Below, piece after piece: positions 9,590 to 19,979 of a DNA stretch of 64,000 nucleotides. This DNA is from an uncultured Chloroflexia bacterium. Lineage in GTDB: Bacteria; Chloroflexota; Anaerolineae; CG2-30-64-16. Made by a program: the position numbers and the translations under genes. Location of the stretch: the NCBI GenBank assembly GCA_963810095.1, contig CAWEMM010000006.1, forward strand, positions 800,001 to 864,000. The letters are read 5' to 3'. Position 1 is the stretch's first letter; the number at the start of each line of letters is the position of its first letter. The notes under the pieces are model-generated. The model had not been told where the DNA came from. It searched no databases and saw nothing but the letters and a program-made list of their open reading frames with translations.

Positions 9590-11551
9590 CTACTTTGCCG
9601 CCAGCCACATGAACTGGTACGGCGCCAGCACGAGTTCCTCTCGCAGCGCCACATCCTGCCCCGTCACCAGGTCGCCGAATTCATAACTCAGGCCGTTTGC
9701 GCGCACCGTGTTAGCGGCAACGGGCTGCTCGCGCTCGCTGAAGTTGCACAATGCCAGCAGCCGGCCTTGGCCGCTCTGACGGACGTAGGCAAACACGTGA
9801 CCGTTCCCGGGGTCGACGACCTGCATCGCGCCGTCTGCCAGCGCCGGCGTGTCCTTGCGCACCGCGGTCAATCGCTGAAGCGCCGCGTAGATGCGGTTCT
9901 CGATCGTGCCGGGCTCACAGCGTCGTTCGACCCGGTCCCAGTCGGTGAACGGGCGGTGCACCCACCGGCTGTCCGCAGCCTTCGCCGGGTCGAGGCGGTA
10001 GCGGTAGTCGTTCTCGGTGCCCACCTCGTCGCCCAGGTAGATGAGGGGGATACCGCCGATCGAGAGGATCACGCTGTGGATCAGCAGGATGCGCCCGATA
10101 GCAAGCTCGACCTGCCCAGGCTGCTGCTGCTCAGGCTGCCGAAGCAGCCCCCCCTCCTCGCGCAGCGCCTTCTCCAACCCCGAAAGGGACGCGCACGTGC
10201 CCGAAATCCGGGCATCGCCGGTGCGCGGGTTCTCCTGGAACGTCAGCCCTCGGGCAAAGCTGCCGGGGAACTTGCCCGTGTAGAACGCGTTGAGAAAGCG
10301 CCGGTGATCGTAACCGTTGATCCCCAGGCGCCACGCCGCCGCGTCGTCGAAGGTCCAGCCAATGTCGTCGTGCACGCGGACGTAGTTGACCCACGCACAC
10401 CCCGGCGGGATGTGAAACCGCTCGGCCAGCGACTCCTTCAGCAGGCGCACCTCCCGCGTCGCCAGCGACTCCCACAGCAGCGCCATGAGCAGCGGGTTGT
10501 ACGACAGCTGGCATTCGTCGGGCGAAATATAGCGGGCGACTTCGTCCGGGTGGACGATGGCCTCTGACTTGAAGAGCAGCGCTGGGGCCGCGATGCGTGC
10601 CAGCGCGTTGTACGCCTGGATGATCATGTGCGCTTCGGGCAGGTTCTCGCAGTTCGTCCCCATCTGCTTCCAGATGAAAGCGACGGCATCGAGGCGCAGC
10701 ACTTCCACGCCGGCGTTCGCCAGCGACAGCATCTCTTCCAACATCGCCCGAAACACCGCCGGGTTGCCGTAGTTCAGGTCCCACTGGAAGCTGTAGAAGG
10801 TCGTCCATACCCACTTGCCCATGTCGGGCCGGTAGGTGAAGCTGCCGGGCCGGGCATCGGGGAAGATCTCGCGCAGCGTCCGCTCGTACGCGTCGGGCAC
10901 GGTGCGATCGGGGAAAATGTAGTAATAGTCCTCGTACTCCGGGTCGCCTGCCTGTGCGCGGCGCGCCCACTCGTGCTCGTCCGACGTGTGGTTGAACACG
11001 AAGTCCACGGTCAGGCTGATCCCCTGGCCGCGCAGCTCACAGGCGAGGTCGGACAGCTCGGCCATCGACCCCAGCCTGGGATTGACCTCCCGGTAGGAGC
11101 TGACCGCATAACCGCCGTCGTTTTCGCCTTCCGGCGCTTTGAAGAGGGGCATCAGGTGCAGGTACGTCAGGCCCAGTTCCTCGAAATAGGGGAGCCGGGC
11201 ACGCAGGCCGGCCAGGTTGCCGGCAAACAGGTCCACATAACACACACCGCCCAGCATCTTCTGCGACTGGAACCAGGCCGGGTCGGCCTCACGGCGGGCG
11301 TCGAGCACCTTCAAATCCGCCGGCCGGGACAGCGCCAGGCGGCAGGCCGTCTCCAGAATCTGCTCCAGGTGGTAGAAGAAATCGTACCGGCCGCCGTAGA
11401 GATGGTGAAGCAGCCCGAAAAGGCGCTCGAAGTGGATGACGAGACGAGCTTCGACGGCCTGCCATTCGGCGGCGGGAGCATCAGAGAAGGTCGCGCGCAG
11501 CCGCGGCAACACGCGCGTCAGACTGAGATGGGCTTCTTTGCGTAGGTCCAT
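9590..11551 (-). CDS. Amylosucrase / sucrose hydrolase (GH13_4)
   Basis: Motifs [17 protein letters not shown] (nucleophile), FKSEAIVHP (acid/base), [21 protein letters not shown]. Confidence 0.9.
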   Translation of the reverse strand: MDLRKEAHLSLTRVLPRLRATFSDAPAAEWQAVEARLVIHFERLFGLLHHLYGGRYDFFYHLEQILETACRLALSRPADLKVLDARREADPAWFQSQKMLGGVCYVDLFAGNLAGLRARLPYFEELGLTYLHLMPLFKAPEGENDGGYAVSSYREVNPRLGSMAELSDLACELRGQGISLTVDFVFNHTSDEHEWARRAQAGDPEYEDYYYIFPDRTVPDAYERTLREIFPDARPGSFTYRPDMGKWVWTTFYSFQWDLNYGNPAVFRAMLEEMLSLANAGVEVLRLDAVAFIWKQMGTNCENLPEAHMIIQAYNALARIAAPALLFKSEAIVHPDEVARYISPDECQLSYNPLLMALLWESLATREVRLLKESLAERFHIPPGCAWVNYVRVHDDIGWTFDDAAAWRLGINGYDHRRFLNAFYTGKFPGSFARGLTFQENPRTGDARISGTCASLSGLEKALREEGGLLRQPEQQQPGQVELAIGRILLIHSVILSIGGIPLIYLGDEVGTENDYRYRLDPAKAADSRWVHRPFTDWDRVERRCEPGTIENRIYAALQRLTAVRKDTPALADGAMQVVDPGNGHVFAYVRQSGQGRLLALCNFSEREQPVAANTVRANGLSYEFGDLVTGQDVALREELVLAPYQFMWLAAK

Positions 11552-11599
11552 GGCTATCGCCGTCCTTGCTAAGGGATCGGGTGTCTGGGCAGCCGGGAA

Positions 11600-11645
11600 G
11601 GAAAAAGGGAAAGCCCGGCGCCGGGTGCCGGCCTTTCCCTTTCCA
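11600..11645 (-). terminator. Hairpin / intrinsic terminator between the ABC permease and amylosucrase
   Basis: Minus strand GGAAAAGGGAAAGGCCGGCACC...GGCGCCGGGCTTTCCCTTTTTCC. Confidence 0.6.
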
Positions 11646-11680
11646 TACCACTCAACGTCTGCGAACAGCCGGCCGGTCGT

Positions 11681-12817
11681 TTACCCCTTCACCGACCCGG
11701 CCATCATGCCGCGCACGAAGAAACGCTGCAAGCTGAAGAACACGATCAGCGGCAGGATCATCGAGACCAGCGCGCCGGCCGTCATCAGGTGCCAATCGTT
11801 GCCGCGGGAACCCACCAGGTTCGCCAGGAACATCGTCATCACCTGGTTGCCCGGCGTTGCGCCGAGGAAGATCAGGGCCACCAGGTAGTCGTTCCAGGTC
11901 CAGAGGAACTGGAAGATGGCAAACGACGCGAGCGCCGGCACCGACAGCGGCAGGATCAGTTTCTGGAAGATGGTGAAATGTGAGGCGCCGTCGATGAACG
12001 CCGACTCGAGGATGTCGCGCGGGATCGTGCTGATGTAGTTGAACAGCAAGTACACGGCGAGGGGCAGGCCGAAGCCCGTATGCGCCAACCATACCCCCAG
12101 GAAGGTGCCGTTTAGCCCGATTTTGGCGTAGTCCTTCAGGATGGGCACAAAGGCGATCTGCAGCGGCACGACGAGCAGCGCGACGACCATGATGAACAGC
12201 GGGCGGCGTCCGGGGAACTTCATCCAGGCGAAGCCGTACGCAGCAAATGCCGCAATCAGGATCGGGATAACCGTGGATGGAATGGCGACAATCAAGCTGT
12301 TGATGAAGGGGTCGAGCATGTTAGCGCCGGGCACGGTTTGTACGGTGCCGTTCGGCTGCCGGATGTCGACCGACTTGCCGCCGATCACCTGTTTGTAATT
12401 GTCGATCGTGAAGTTGGGGTTCGTCATCCAGCCCAGTTTCTGGACCTCGATGGTGCCGGTGCGCCGGTTGCCGATCCAGATGAGCCGGGTGTTGCCGACC
12501 TGGATGCCCTGGCGGAACTGCTCGAAGGTGCCCTGCCCGCCCTCGATCTGCATCACACCGTTGCGATCGACGCCTTCAGGCACGGGGACAGTTCCCGTCG
12601 TCTGCCATTCCCGATGGGGCAGAATCATCCACCAACCGGTGGTCTGGATGTCAAAGCGCGTGCGAAACGACGAAGTCACGAGACCCACGACCGGGACCAG
12701 CCACGCAATCACGATCAGGACCAGGATGCCGTTGACGAGGATATCCGAGAGCACGTGACGCTGTTTCTTCGGCTTGACTTTCGTTGCAGCAGTCGTAGCA
12801 GTGGTGGTTGCGGCCAT
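11681..12817 (-). CDS. aglG: Alpha-glucoside ABC transporter permease (AglG-like)
   Basis: EAA loop ILESAFIDGAS, plus FQFLWTWND and LQRFFVRGMMAGSVKG. Confidence 0.85.
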   Translation of the reverse strand: MAATTTATTAATKVKPKKQRHVLSDILVNGILVLIVIAWLVPVVGLVTSSFRTRFDIQTTGWWMILPHREWQTTGTVPVPEGVDRNGVMQIEGGQGTFEQFRQGIQVGNTRLIWIGNRRTGTIEVQKLGWMTNPNFTIDNYKQVIGGKSVDIRQPNGTVQTVPGANMLDPFINSLIVAIPSTVIPILIAAFAAYGFAWMKFPGRRPLFIMVVALLVVPLQIAFVPILKDYAKIGLNGTFLGVWLAHTGFGLPLAVYLLFNYISTIPRDILESAFIDGASHFTIFQKLILPLSVPALASFAIFQFLWTWNDYLVALIFLGATPGNQVMTMFLANLVGSRGNDWHLMTAGALVSMILPLIVFFSLQRFFVRGMMAGSVKG

Positions 12818-13968
12818 TAGAACGCCTCCTGGCTGCGGAACTGCCGCAGGTTATAAACCATGACCGGGATGACGGCGATCAACAGGATGATCGCGATGGC
12901 CGACCCATAGCCGGGATTATTGTTCGTGAAGTACTCCCGGTAGAACTGGGTGGCGATCACCTGCGTGTTGAACTGGCCGCCTGTCATGACCCAGACCACG
13001 TCAAAAATCTTCAGGGTGAAGATGATGACCGTGGTGGCGACGGTGATGATGGTGCCCATGATGTACGGGATCGTGATCTTAAAGAACGCCCCGATCTCGG
13101 TCGCGCCGTCTACCCGGGCAGCTTCGAGCAAGTCTGACGGGACGCCCTTGATGGCTGCCGAGAAGAGGGTCATTGCATAGCCGGCCTGCAGCCAAATCAT
13201 GATCACAATGAGAAACAGGTTGTTCCAGGGCTGGAGCTGAGCGGAGGCCGTCCAGGCCACCGGCGGGTTGCCGGTCAGGCTGGTATAGACGTTGTTGAGC
13301 ATGCCGATGTTGGGGTTCACGGCGTAGATCATGTTCCATGCAATCGCGCCGCCGACCATCGAGATCGCCATTGGCATGAAGACCATGGCTTTGGCGAACT
13401 TCTCGAACCGGCTGCGGTCGGCAAGCACCGCGACGAGCAGGCCCAGGACGACCGAACCGGTCGCACCGAAGATGATCCACATGATGTTGTTGCGAAATGC
13501 CACCAACATGGGATTGTTGGCCGTGGGCGCGAAGATAGCGAGGTAGTTCTTCAACCCAACGAACACCTGACCGTCTACAGCGAAGAGGCTCGCATAGAAA
13601 GTGCGTACGGTCGGCAGTGTTAAGTACCAGATCAAGATTGCGATGGCAGGTCCGACAAACACGAAGGGCTGTAAACGGCCGCGCCACGTGTCTCCCAGGC
13701 GTTCCACGAACCAGTTGGAGACCAGGTACAGGAGCGCCACGCCGCCCACGCCCCAGATAATCGCCACAATCGCAACCACCCACTTGGATGCATCAGAATC
13801 CTTCAGGAATATGAACCCGAGGTAGAGGATGATGAACGTCGCGATTGGGACAAACAGCGACAGCAGGATGCCTCCGATGACGGTCCCCACTCGTGCCAGT
13901 CCACTAGGCGGCTCATGGGGTTCCAGCAACGGGCCCGCTGATTTGGTCGATTCTGGCATTCCTTCCAT
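12817..13968 (-). CDS. aglF: Alpha-glucoside ABC transporter permease (AglF-like)
   Basis: Motifs FVFVGPAI, FMPMAISMVG, LLEAARVDGA. Start MEGMPES at 13968. Confidence 0.85.
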   Translation of the reverse strand: MEGMPESTKSAGPLLEPHEPPSGLARVGTVIGGILLSLFVPIATFIILYLGFIFLKDSDASKWVVAIVAIIWGVGGVALLYLVSNWFVERLGDTWRGRLQPFVFVGPAIAILIWYLTLPTVRTFYASLFAVDGQVFVGLKNYLAIFAPTANNPMLVAFRNNIMWIIFGATGSVVLGLLVAVLADRSRFEKFAKAMVFMPMAISMVGGAIAWNMIYAVNPNIGMLNNVYTSLTGNPPVAWTASAQLQPWNNLFLIVIMIWLQAGYAMTLFSAAIKGVPSDLLEAARVDGATEIGAFFKITIPYIMGTIITVATTVIIFTLKIFDVVWVMTGGQFNTQVIATQFYREYFTNNNPGYGSAIAIILLIAVIPVMVYNLRQFRSQEAF

Positions 13969-14233
13969 GGGTATGTCCCTCCCTGTTGCACCGCATGGGT
14001 GCCTTCGGAGATCCTCAGGGCGCTGAGGGCTGTGGGGTGACACGAGCAGAGCGCATTACAGGGCTCTCCGGCAGCACACGGTGAATGCCTTTGCGGCAGT
14101 GCCTGCGCGATGACTCGTCTGCCAGAAGGTGGCCCTCGCTACACACTCCAACGCGTGCGTCAGGCGAGAGCCACCCCTTGCCGGGGGAATTAAGCGCATC
14201 CCCCCGGCGTTCCTTGACCTAGGCGTCTCGCGA

Positions 14234-15739
14234 CTACTTAGGCCACGCGGCGTCGATCTGCTTCAGGACGGTGTCCAGGTCGGCAGCACCGGAGAAGTAG
14301 TCGGTGAAGCCCTTCCACTCGGCGCCCGAGCCGACCGCGCCGGGCATCAAGTCAGATGCGTCGAAGCGGACGGTCGTAGCCTCAGAGGCCAACCCTGCGA
14401 TCGTGCGCTCGAGCGGGATACCGTACATCTCGGGCGTCACGTCGTTCTGCGGGCCGAGCGCGCCGCCGGCCGCCAGCCAGCCTTCCACGCTCGCCGCGGT
14501 CGACATCCACTGCATGACCGCGCAGACCTCAGGCCGGTCCTGGGTCGCCGAGACCAGGTCGCCGGCGATCAGGAACGGCTTGCCGTACGCCGGGTCCACG
14601 GGCGGGAGGTAGAACACGTCGTAGTCCACGCCCGGCTGTGCTTCCTTCGGGAAGAAGGAAGTGATGAAGTTGCCCTGGCGGTGCAGCCAGCACTTCGGCG
14701 GGTTCTGGAACATCGGCGCCGGCGCGTCGCTGAACTGGGTCGTGACGATGGCGGCCTTACCGCCGTAGACCATCTTGTCGTTGTTCCAAATGGGCGCGAA
14801 GGTCTCGATCGCCTTCTTCACCTCGGGCGAGTCGAACTTCAGCTCGCCCTTGACCCACTTGTCATAGTTCTCGGGCGACGTCGTGCGCAGCATCATGTCC
14901 TCGGTCCAGTCGGTCGCGGGCCAGCCGGTGGCTGCGCCCGACCCGATGCCGATGCACCACGGCGTGTCGCCGTCGGCTACGATCTGGTCCTGGAGCTTCA
15001 GCAGTTCGTCCCAAGTCGTCGGTACCTTGTAGCCGGCCGCGTCAAAGGCCTTCTTCGGGTACCACACCAGGCTCTTGCCGTTGAACCGCCACCACAGGCC
15101 CGACATCTGGCTGCTGCCATCCGAGTAGGGCATGTTCGCCATGTCGAGCCAGGACTGCTTGTAGTTTTCCTTCAGCCAGGACTCGGGCACGAACTTCGTG
15201 ACCGGCATTACCTTGCCCTGCTTGAAATAGGTGCCGGCCAAGCCGGGCTGGGGCCAGTCGAGGATGTCCGGCGCGGTGCCGGCCTGCATCTGGGTGCCGA
15301 TTTCGGCCTCGAACTGCTTCGAGCCGACGTACTGGATCGTGATGCCGGTGGCTTCTTCGAACGCCTTGCGGTCCTGCTGGAACTTCACCTCGTCGTCAGA
15401 GGTAAAGGGACCGGTCATGCTGACCTTGGTGCCCTTCATCTTGCCGTTGTAGGCATCGGCGAGACAGGTGAGGCCCTTGGACGCGGCGCCTTCAGCGCTC
15501 GCACCGACCCCCGCGGCTGCAGGCGCAGCGGGTGCAGTTGTCGCGGCCGGTGCTTCAGTTGCAGCCGGCGCTGCAGGAGCTTCAGTTGCAGCCGGTGCTG
15601 CAGGAGCTTCAGTCGCAGCCGGCGCAGTCGTCGCAGCGGGTTGCTGCGCGGGTGCTTGCGTCGGCGCGCTGGTCGGGCCGCACGCGGCCAACACCATGGC
15701 CACGAGGACGAACAGGGTGAGAACGGTCCACTTCTTCAT
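14234..15739 (-). CDS. aglE: Alpha-glucoside ABC substrate-binding lipoprotein (AglE-like)
   Basis: Lipobox LAAC, Ala/Pro linker repeats (APAATEAPA), KSLVWY, GWPATDW, RFDASDLMPGAVG. Confidence 0.85.
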   Translation of the reverse strand: MKKWTVLTLFVLVAMVLAACGPTSAPTQAPAQQPAATTAPAATEAPAAPAATEAPAAPAATEAPAATTAPAAPAAAGVGASAEGAASKGLTCLADAYNGKMKGTKVSMTGPFTSDDEVKFQQDRKAFEEATGITIQYVGSKQFEAEIGTQMQAGTAPDILDWPQPGLAGTYFKQGKVMPVTKFVPESWLKENYKQSWLDMANMPYSDGSSQMSGLWWRFNGKSLVWYPKKAFDAAGYKVPTTWDELLKLQDQIVADGDTPWCIGIGSGAATGWPATDWTEDMMLRTTSPENYDKWVKGELKFDSPEVKKAIETFAPIWNNDKMVYGGKAAIVTTQFSDAPAPMFQNPPKCWLHRQGNFITSFFPKEAQPGVDYDVFYLPPVDPAYGKPFLIAGDLVSATQDRPEVCAVMQWMSTAASVEGWLAAGGALGPQNDVTPEMYGIPLERTIAGLASEATTVRFDASDLMPGAVGSGAEWKGFTDYFSGAADLDTVLKQIDAAWPK

Positions 15740-15846
15740 GTTCTTCTCCTTCTTACATAGTGGGCAAACGAACTGTACTTGTGGTTGACATCATGAACGC
15801 TATATTCGTGGATTTGTTCCTCCTTCTTTAAGCTTGAAACGTCCAA

Positions 15847-16843
15847 TCACGCCGTCTGTCGCTTGACGAGGGTCAGCGGCAGCCACACATCCTGGGCGGG
15901 CCGCGATGGGTCGGCCAGGCGTGACAGCAAGAGATCGACTGCCACCCGGCCCGACTCTTCGAGCGGCTGCCGGATGGTAGTCAGGCCAATATAGTCGGCG
16001 ACGTCGATATCGTCGAAGCCCATGACGGCAAGCTGCTCGGGCACCTGGATGTTGCGCTTGCGGGCGGCCTTGAGCACGCCCATTGCCTGCGTATCGCTGG
16101 CCGCGAAGATGCCGTCCGGAGGCTCCGCCAGGCTGAGCAGTGCGTGCGCCGAGCGCTCGGCATTTTCCAGGCTGTGGGGGGCACGGGCGATGTACTGCGG
16201 GGGGAGATCGACCCCTAGTTCGGCCAACCGCGCGCGGAATCCCTCGAGCCGGGTGTCGCTGGTTGGCAGGGCATAGTCGGGCACATCGGCATCGCCGACG
16301 AAGGCACAACGCCTGCACCCGAGCGCCAGCAGATGCGCGGCGGCCACGGCGCCCCCGGCCGCGTCGTCGATTCGTACACTGGAAAACCGCGGCCGCGAGA
16401 ACTCGATCAGGACGGTCGGCAGGCTGTGGTCCACCAACCGGTCAGCCGCCTGGTCGTCGAACGGGAGGGCCATCACAATCAGGCCGTCAATCCGGCGCGT
16501 CACTGGCAGGCTGGCCAGCCAGCCGATGCGTCGCGAGGAAGAATCGACGTTGTAAATGGCTAACTCGAAGGGTGAATCGGCCACCGTCGCGGCAACGCCG
16601 CGGAGGCGCGCTACAAACGAAGGGAAGGTGAAGAAGGGGGCGAGTACGCCGATGCGGCCGTGCATCTTGCGGGCCCGGGCGGCCGCTTCGGCCTTTGGCA
16701 CGAAACCAAGCGCATCGATGGCTTGCTGGACCCGGATGCGGGTGCCTTCGTTGACGCGGTCGGGGGTGTTGAGGACAGCGCGAGACAGTGGCAATGCTGA
16801 CGCCCGCCTGCTTTGCGACCTCGTAGACAGTCACCTGCGACAC
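15847..16843 (-). CDS. LacI-family transcriptional regulator, frameshifted near 16780
   Basis: HTH VTVYEVAKQAGVSIATVSR in one frame; sugar-binding domain (VMGFDDI, LTTIRQP) in another. Confidence 0.88.
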
Positions 16844-16886
16844 GCCATCTACCTCGCACTTTGTGTGTCTAAAGGTAAACAACTTC

Positions 16887-16937
16887 CATGAAAGCACTTA
16901 CATGAGACAAAATAGCACCGACAGGCGCCGGTGTCAA
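16887..16937 (-). promoter_or_regulatory. Promoter plus LacI-type operator of the agl operon
   Basis: TTGACA (16932-16937)-17 nt-TATTTT, followed by the palindrome CATGTAAGTGCTTTCATG (16887-16904). Confidence 0.7.
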
Positions 16938-17013
16938 GAGGGCATGTCAGAAACTGGCGAGAAATTTAAGGTTAAGCGGGGGAAGACGGGAGACGGGGCG
17001 CCAAGACGGCGCA

Positions 17014-17448
17014 CTATCCCTTGCTGGCTTGCTGGTCGTCCAGGCGTGCGCGACGGGTGTCGAAGTCCTCAGCAGGGTCCGAAGACGCCAGCTGCTCGGC
17101 CGGCAGCTTCCGCATGGGGATGGCGTTGTCGGCCCCGGGCGTGCGAGCCGCGACGCGGGCGAACTCGACGGTAACGCCCATCGACGCAGCCAACCGCGCG
17201 GCCAGCGCCTCGAGCTGCTCGACCTCGTCTGCATACTCCGCCAGCCGCACCCCGTCGTTGGTCGCGGTGAGAATGGCCGCGTCGTTGACGAATAGGCGGG
17301 TCTCTTCCCGGCCTTCGACCGTCCGGGCCGTTCGGACCAGCTTGACGGTCGGCGCACTCCCCGAGGACTTGGCAAAGGTTCGGGCCAGGATCACGCCGAG
17401 TCCCACCCCGACAACAAGGACGACGAGATAAGCGATTTCAACAAGCAC
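17014..17448 (-). CDS. Hypothetical protein with an N-terminal membrane anchor
   Basis: 144-aa ORF, GGAGG RBS, single N-terminal hydrophobic helix. Confidence 0.6.
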   Translation of the reverse strand: MLVEIAYLVVLVVGVGLGVILARTFAKSSGSAPTVKLVRTARTVEGREETRLFVNDAAILTATNDGVRLAEYADEVEQLEALAARLAASMGVTVEFARVAARTPGADNAIPMRKLPAEQLASSDPAEDFDTRRARLDDQQASKG

Positions 17449-17592
17449 TGAGGGCCTCCACGCGGTGATCTTTCGCTAGTATACAACCCCCACCGCGTTT
17501 CGTCCTACTCCCGGCCGCCCTGCATGGGAGACCAAAAAGAGGGCGCCTCCTTCCGCCCTGCGACCGAAACTCGCGCCCCGACTTCCGCACAC

Positions 17593-17656
17593 TTGACACC
17601 CCAGCAACCCTCTGATACGATACGCAGGTGAAAAATGAAAGTGATTTTCAATTTCA
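17593..17656 (+). promoter_or_regulatory. Promoter and Fur/Zur-type operator overlapping the zur start
   Basis: TTGACA-17 nt-TACGAT, then the AT-rich imperfect palindrome TGAAAAATGAAAGTGATTTTCAATTTCA (17629-17656). Confidence 0.75.
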
Positions 17657-18134
17657 GTCGAACGATACCGGCGCCGGTCTCGTCGATTTGCTGACGCGGG
17701 CCGGCTACTCGAACACCCGGGCACGCCGCGCCGTCCTCGACGCGCTCCTGGCGGCCGACGGCCCCGTGACCCCGGCCGAGTTGCTTGGGGCCGCACGCAC
17801 CCGTCATGAGGCACTCGGGTTGGTGACGGTGTACCGGACCCTTGAAATCCTGGAAGCCCTCGGGCTCGTCCGCAAGCTGCACCTGGCAGAAGGCTGCCAC
17901 AGCTACGTGCTAAGCACGGTGGGGGGCGCGCCTGGCGATCCCCGGGACGCGGCAGGCGCGCAGGGTCACGGCCATCATGTCATTTGCCAGGCGTGCCACC
18001 GGGCGGTCGAGTTCGCCGGCTGTGACATCGAGGCGGCGATCGCCGCGGTGCAAGCGCAGACCGGCTTTGCCGTGCAGAGCCATTGGTTGGAGATGTTCGG
18101 GCTGTGCCCTTCGTGTCAGGAGAAGCAGGCGTGA
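17628..18134 (+). CDS. zur: Fur-family regulator, probably Zur
   Basis: Motifs TVYRTL, HHVICQAC, FGLCPSC. Heads a Zn/Mn ABC operon. Confidence 0.82.
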   Translation: MKNESDFQFQSNDTGAGLVDLLTRAGYSNTRARRAVLDALLAADGPVTPAELLGAARTRHEALGLVTVYRTLEILEALGLVRKLHLAEGCHSYVLSTVGGAPGDPRDAAGAQGHGHHVICQACHRAVEFAGCDIEAAIAAVQAQTGFAVQSHWLEMFGLCPSCQEKQA

Positions 18135-19081
18135 AAATCCTCGTGTGGTTGGTGCTGGTTGCCTCATTAGTCATGACCGGCGGGTGTGCCGCGCCCGCCG
18201 CATCCACAGGGGCAGCGGCCGGGCGGTCGCCGGCGGCGCCGCTCAAGGTGCTGGCGGTCGAGACCTTCCTCGCGGACATCGCCCAGAACGTTGCCGGCGA
18301 CCGCCTGGCCATTGGCTCGCTCATCCCGGTCGGCGTCGACCCGCACAGCTTCGAGCCTACGCCTGCCGACGTCAGGAACGTCGCGGGCAGCGCGGCGCTC
18401 ATCATCAACGGCGCCGGGTTCGAAGCTTTTCTCAGCCCCCTGATGGCTTCCATCAAAGGCCCGGTGGTGATCGACGCGTCAACCGGCCTGGCCAGCCGCC
18501 AGCCCCAGCCGGGCGAACACCCCGCCGGTGAGGCCGACGCTGCGCATGCGGAGGGCGACCCCCATTTCTGGCTCGACCCGACGAAGGTTGTGGCCTACGT
18601 GCAAAATATCCGCGACGGGCTGACGGCCATCGATCCGGCGGGCAAGGAAGCCTACGCGGCGAACGCGGCGGCTTACATCGCCAAGTTGAACGAGTTGGAC
18701 GGCTGGATCAAGCAGCAGGTCGCGCAAGTACCGGAAGCCCGCCGCCTTCTCGTGACCAATCACGAGAGCTTCGGCTACTTCGCCGACCGGTACGGGTTCC
18801 GAGTTGTCGGGTCTATCGTGCCGAGCGTAAGTTCGGCCGCGTCGCCCTCCGCACAGGACCTCGCCCGGCTCAGCGACGAGGTGAAGGCTACGGGTGCGCC
18901 CGCGGTGTTCCTCGAGACCGGCTCGAACCCACAGCTTGCCGACCAGTTGTCCGGTGAAACAGGCATCAAGGTTGTTACCGGTTTGCTCACCCACTCGACG
19001 ACGACCAAAGATGGGCCCGCACCCGACTACCTGAGCATGATGCGGTACGACGTCAACGCGATTGTCGATGCCCTGCGGTAA
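18131..19081 (+). CDS. znuA: Metal ABC substrate-binding lipoprotein (ZnuA/TroA family)
   Basis: Motifs DPHSFEP, DPHFWLDP, HESFGYFA; lipobox TGGC; GTG start overlaps the zur stop. Confidence 0.88.
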   Translation: MKILVWLVLVASLVMTGGCAAPAASTGAAAGRSPAAPLKVLAVETFLADIAQNVAGDRLAIGSLIPVGVDPHSFEPTPADVRNVAGSAALIINGAGFEAFLSPLMASIKGPVVIDASTGLASRQPQPGEHPAGEADAAHAEGDPHFWLDPTKVVAYVQNIRDGLTAIDPAGKEAYAANAAAYIAKLNELDGWIKQQVAQVPEARRLLVTNHESFGYFADRYGFRVVGSIVPSVSSAASPSAQDLARLSDEVKATGAPAVFLETGSNPQLADQLSGETGIKVVTGLLTHSTTTKDGPAPDYLSMMRYDVNAIVDALR

Positions 19082-19151
19082 GGATGTGGCCGGTGCCGCC
19101 TGGGCGACCGGCAGACAGACGCCGGGCAACGAAAGACAGAAGTAGGCGAGA

Positions 19152-19979
19152 ATGGCTCTATCCAACCTCCTGCGCAGGCCGGAGACGCACAACGCGAACG
19201 CCCCGGTCGTTTCGTTTGACCACGTCAGCGTCCGCTATGACGGCGCGGCGCCGGCACTGGACGACGTCTCCTTCGACCTTTGGACCGGCGAGCGGGTGGC
19301 CGTCGTCGGACCGAACGGCGCGGGCAAAAGCACGCTGCTGAAAGTGGTCGCGGGCATCCTCGCGCCCTCCAACGGGCGGGCCGACGTCTACGGCTACGGT
19401 GCGGGCGGCCACATCTGCATCGGGTACGTGCCCCAGCGTTCGAACGTAGACTGGACATTCCCGGTGAGCGTGGCAGATGTGGTGATGATGGGACGAGTGG
19501 CCAAGATCGGCATCCTGCGCCAGGCCGGCCGGGGCGATTGGCAGCGAGTGCAGGACGCGCTGGCCCAGGTGGGCATGGAGGGTTATGCCAAGCGCCAGAT
19601 CGGGGAGCTTTCGGGCGGACAGCAGCAGCGCGTCTTCATCGCCCGCGCGCTGGCTCAGGAAGCCGAGCTCCTGCTCATGGACGAGCCGCTGACCGGGCTC
19701 GACATTCCTTCGCAGGAGGCCATTTTCGGCATCCTCGATCAACTCAAGCAGCAGCGGATGACGGTGCTCGTCTCGACGCACGACCTGCAGCTCGCGTCCG
19801 AGAAGTTCGACCGGCTCATGCTCCTAAAGCGTGGCCTGCTGGGTTTCGGTCACCCCGCCGAGGTGCTGACGCCCGAAAACCTGCACCGGGCGTACGGCAG
19901 CCACCTGACCGTCTTGTCGGGGCCCGAGGGCGTGCTGGCGCTGTCTGACACCTGCTGCGAGGGCGAGAGCCATGATTGA
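19152..19979 (+). CDS. znuC: Metal ABC transporter ATPase
   Basis: Motifs GPNGAGKST, GYVPQ, LSGGQQQR, LMDEP. Confidence 0.88.
   Translation: MALSNLLRRPETHNANAPVVSFDHVSVRYDGAAPALDDVSFDLWTGERVAVVGPNGAGKSTLLKVVAGILAPSNGRADVYGYGAGGHICIGYVPQRSNVDWTFPVSVADVVMMGRVAKIGILRQAGRGDWQRVQDALAQVGMEGYAKRQIGELSGGQQQRVFIARALAQEAELLLMDEPLTGLDIPSQEAIFGILDQLKQQRMTVLVSTHDLQLASEKFDRLMLLKRGLLGFGHPAEVLTPENLHRAYGSHLTVLSGPEGVLALSDTCCEGESHD

Noticed and set aside
9511-9590. ZMP/ZTP riboswitch ahead of purH
   Set aside because: The 80-bp gap holds only a simple hairpin (GAAACCAGGTTTCTG...CAGAACCTGGCTTC) and no pfl consensus.
15530-15640. 27-bp tandem repeats as a CRISPR or VNTR element
   Set aside because: They encode the APAATEAPA linker of the lipoprotein and have no spacers.
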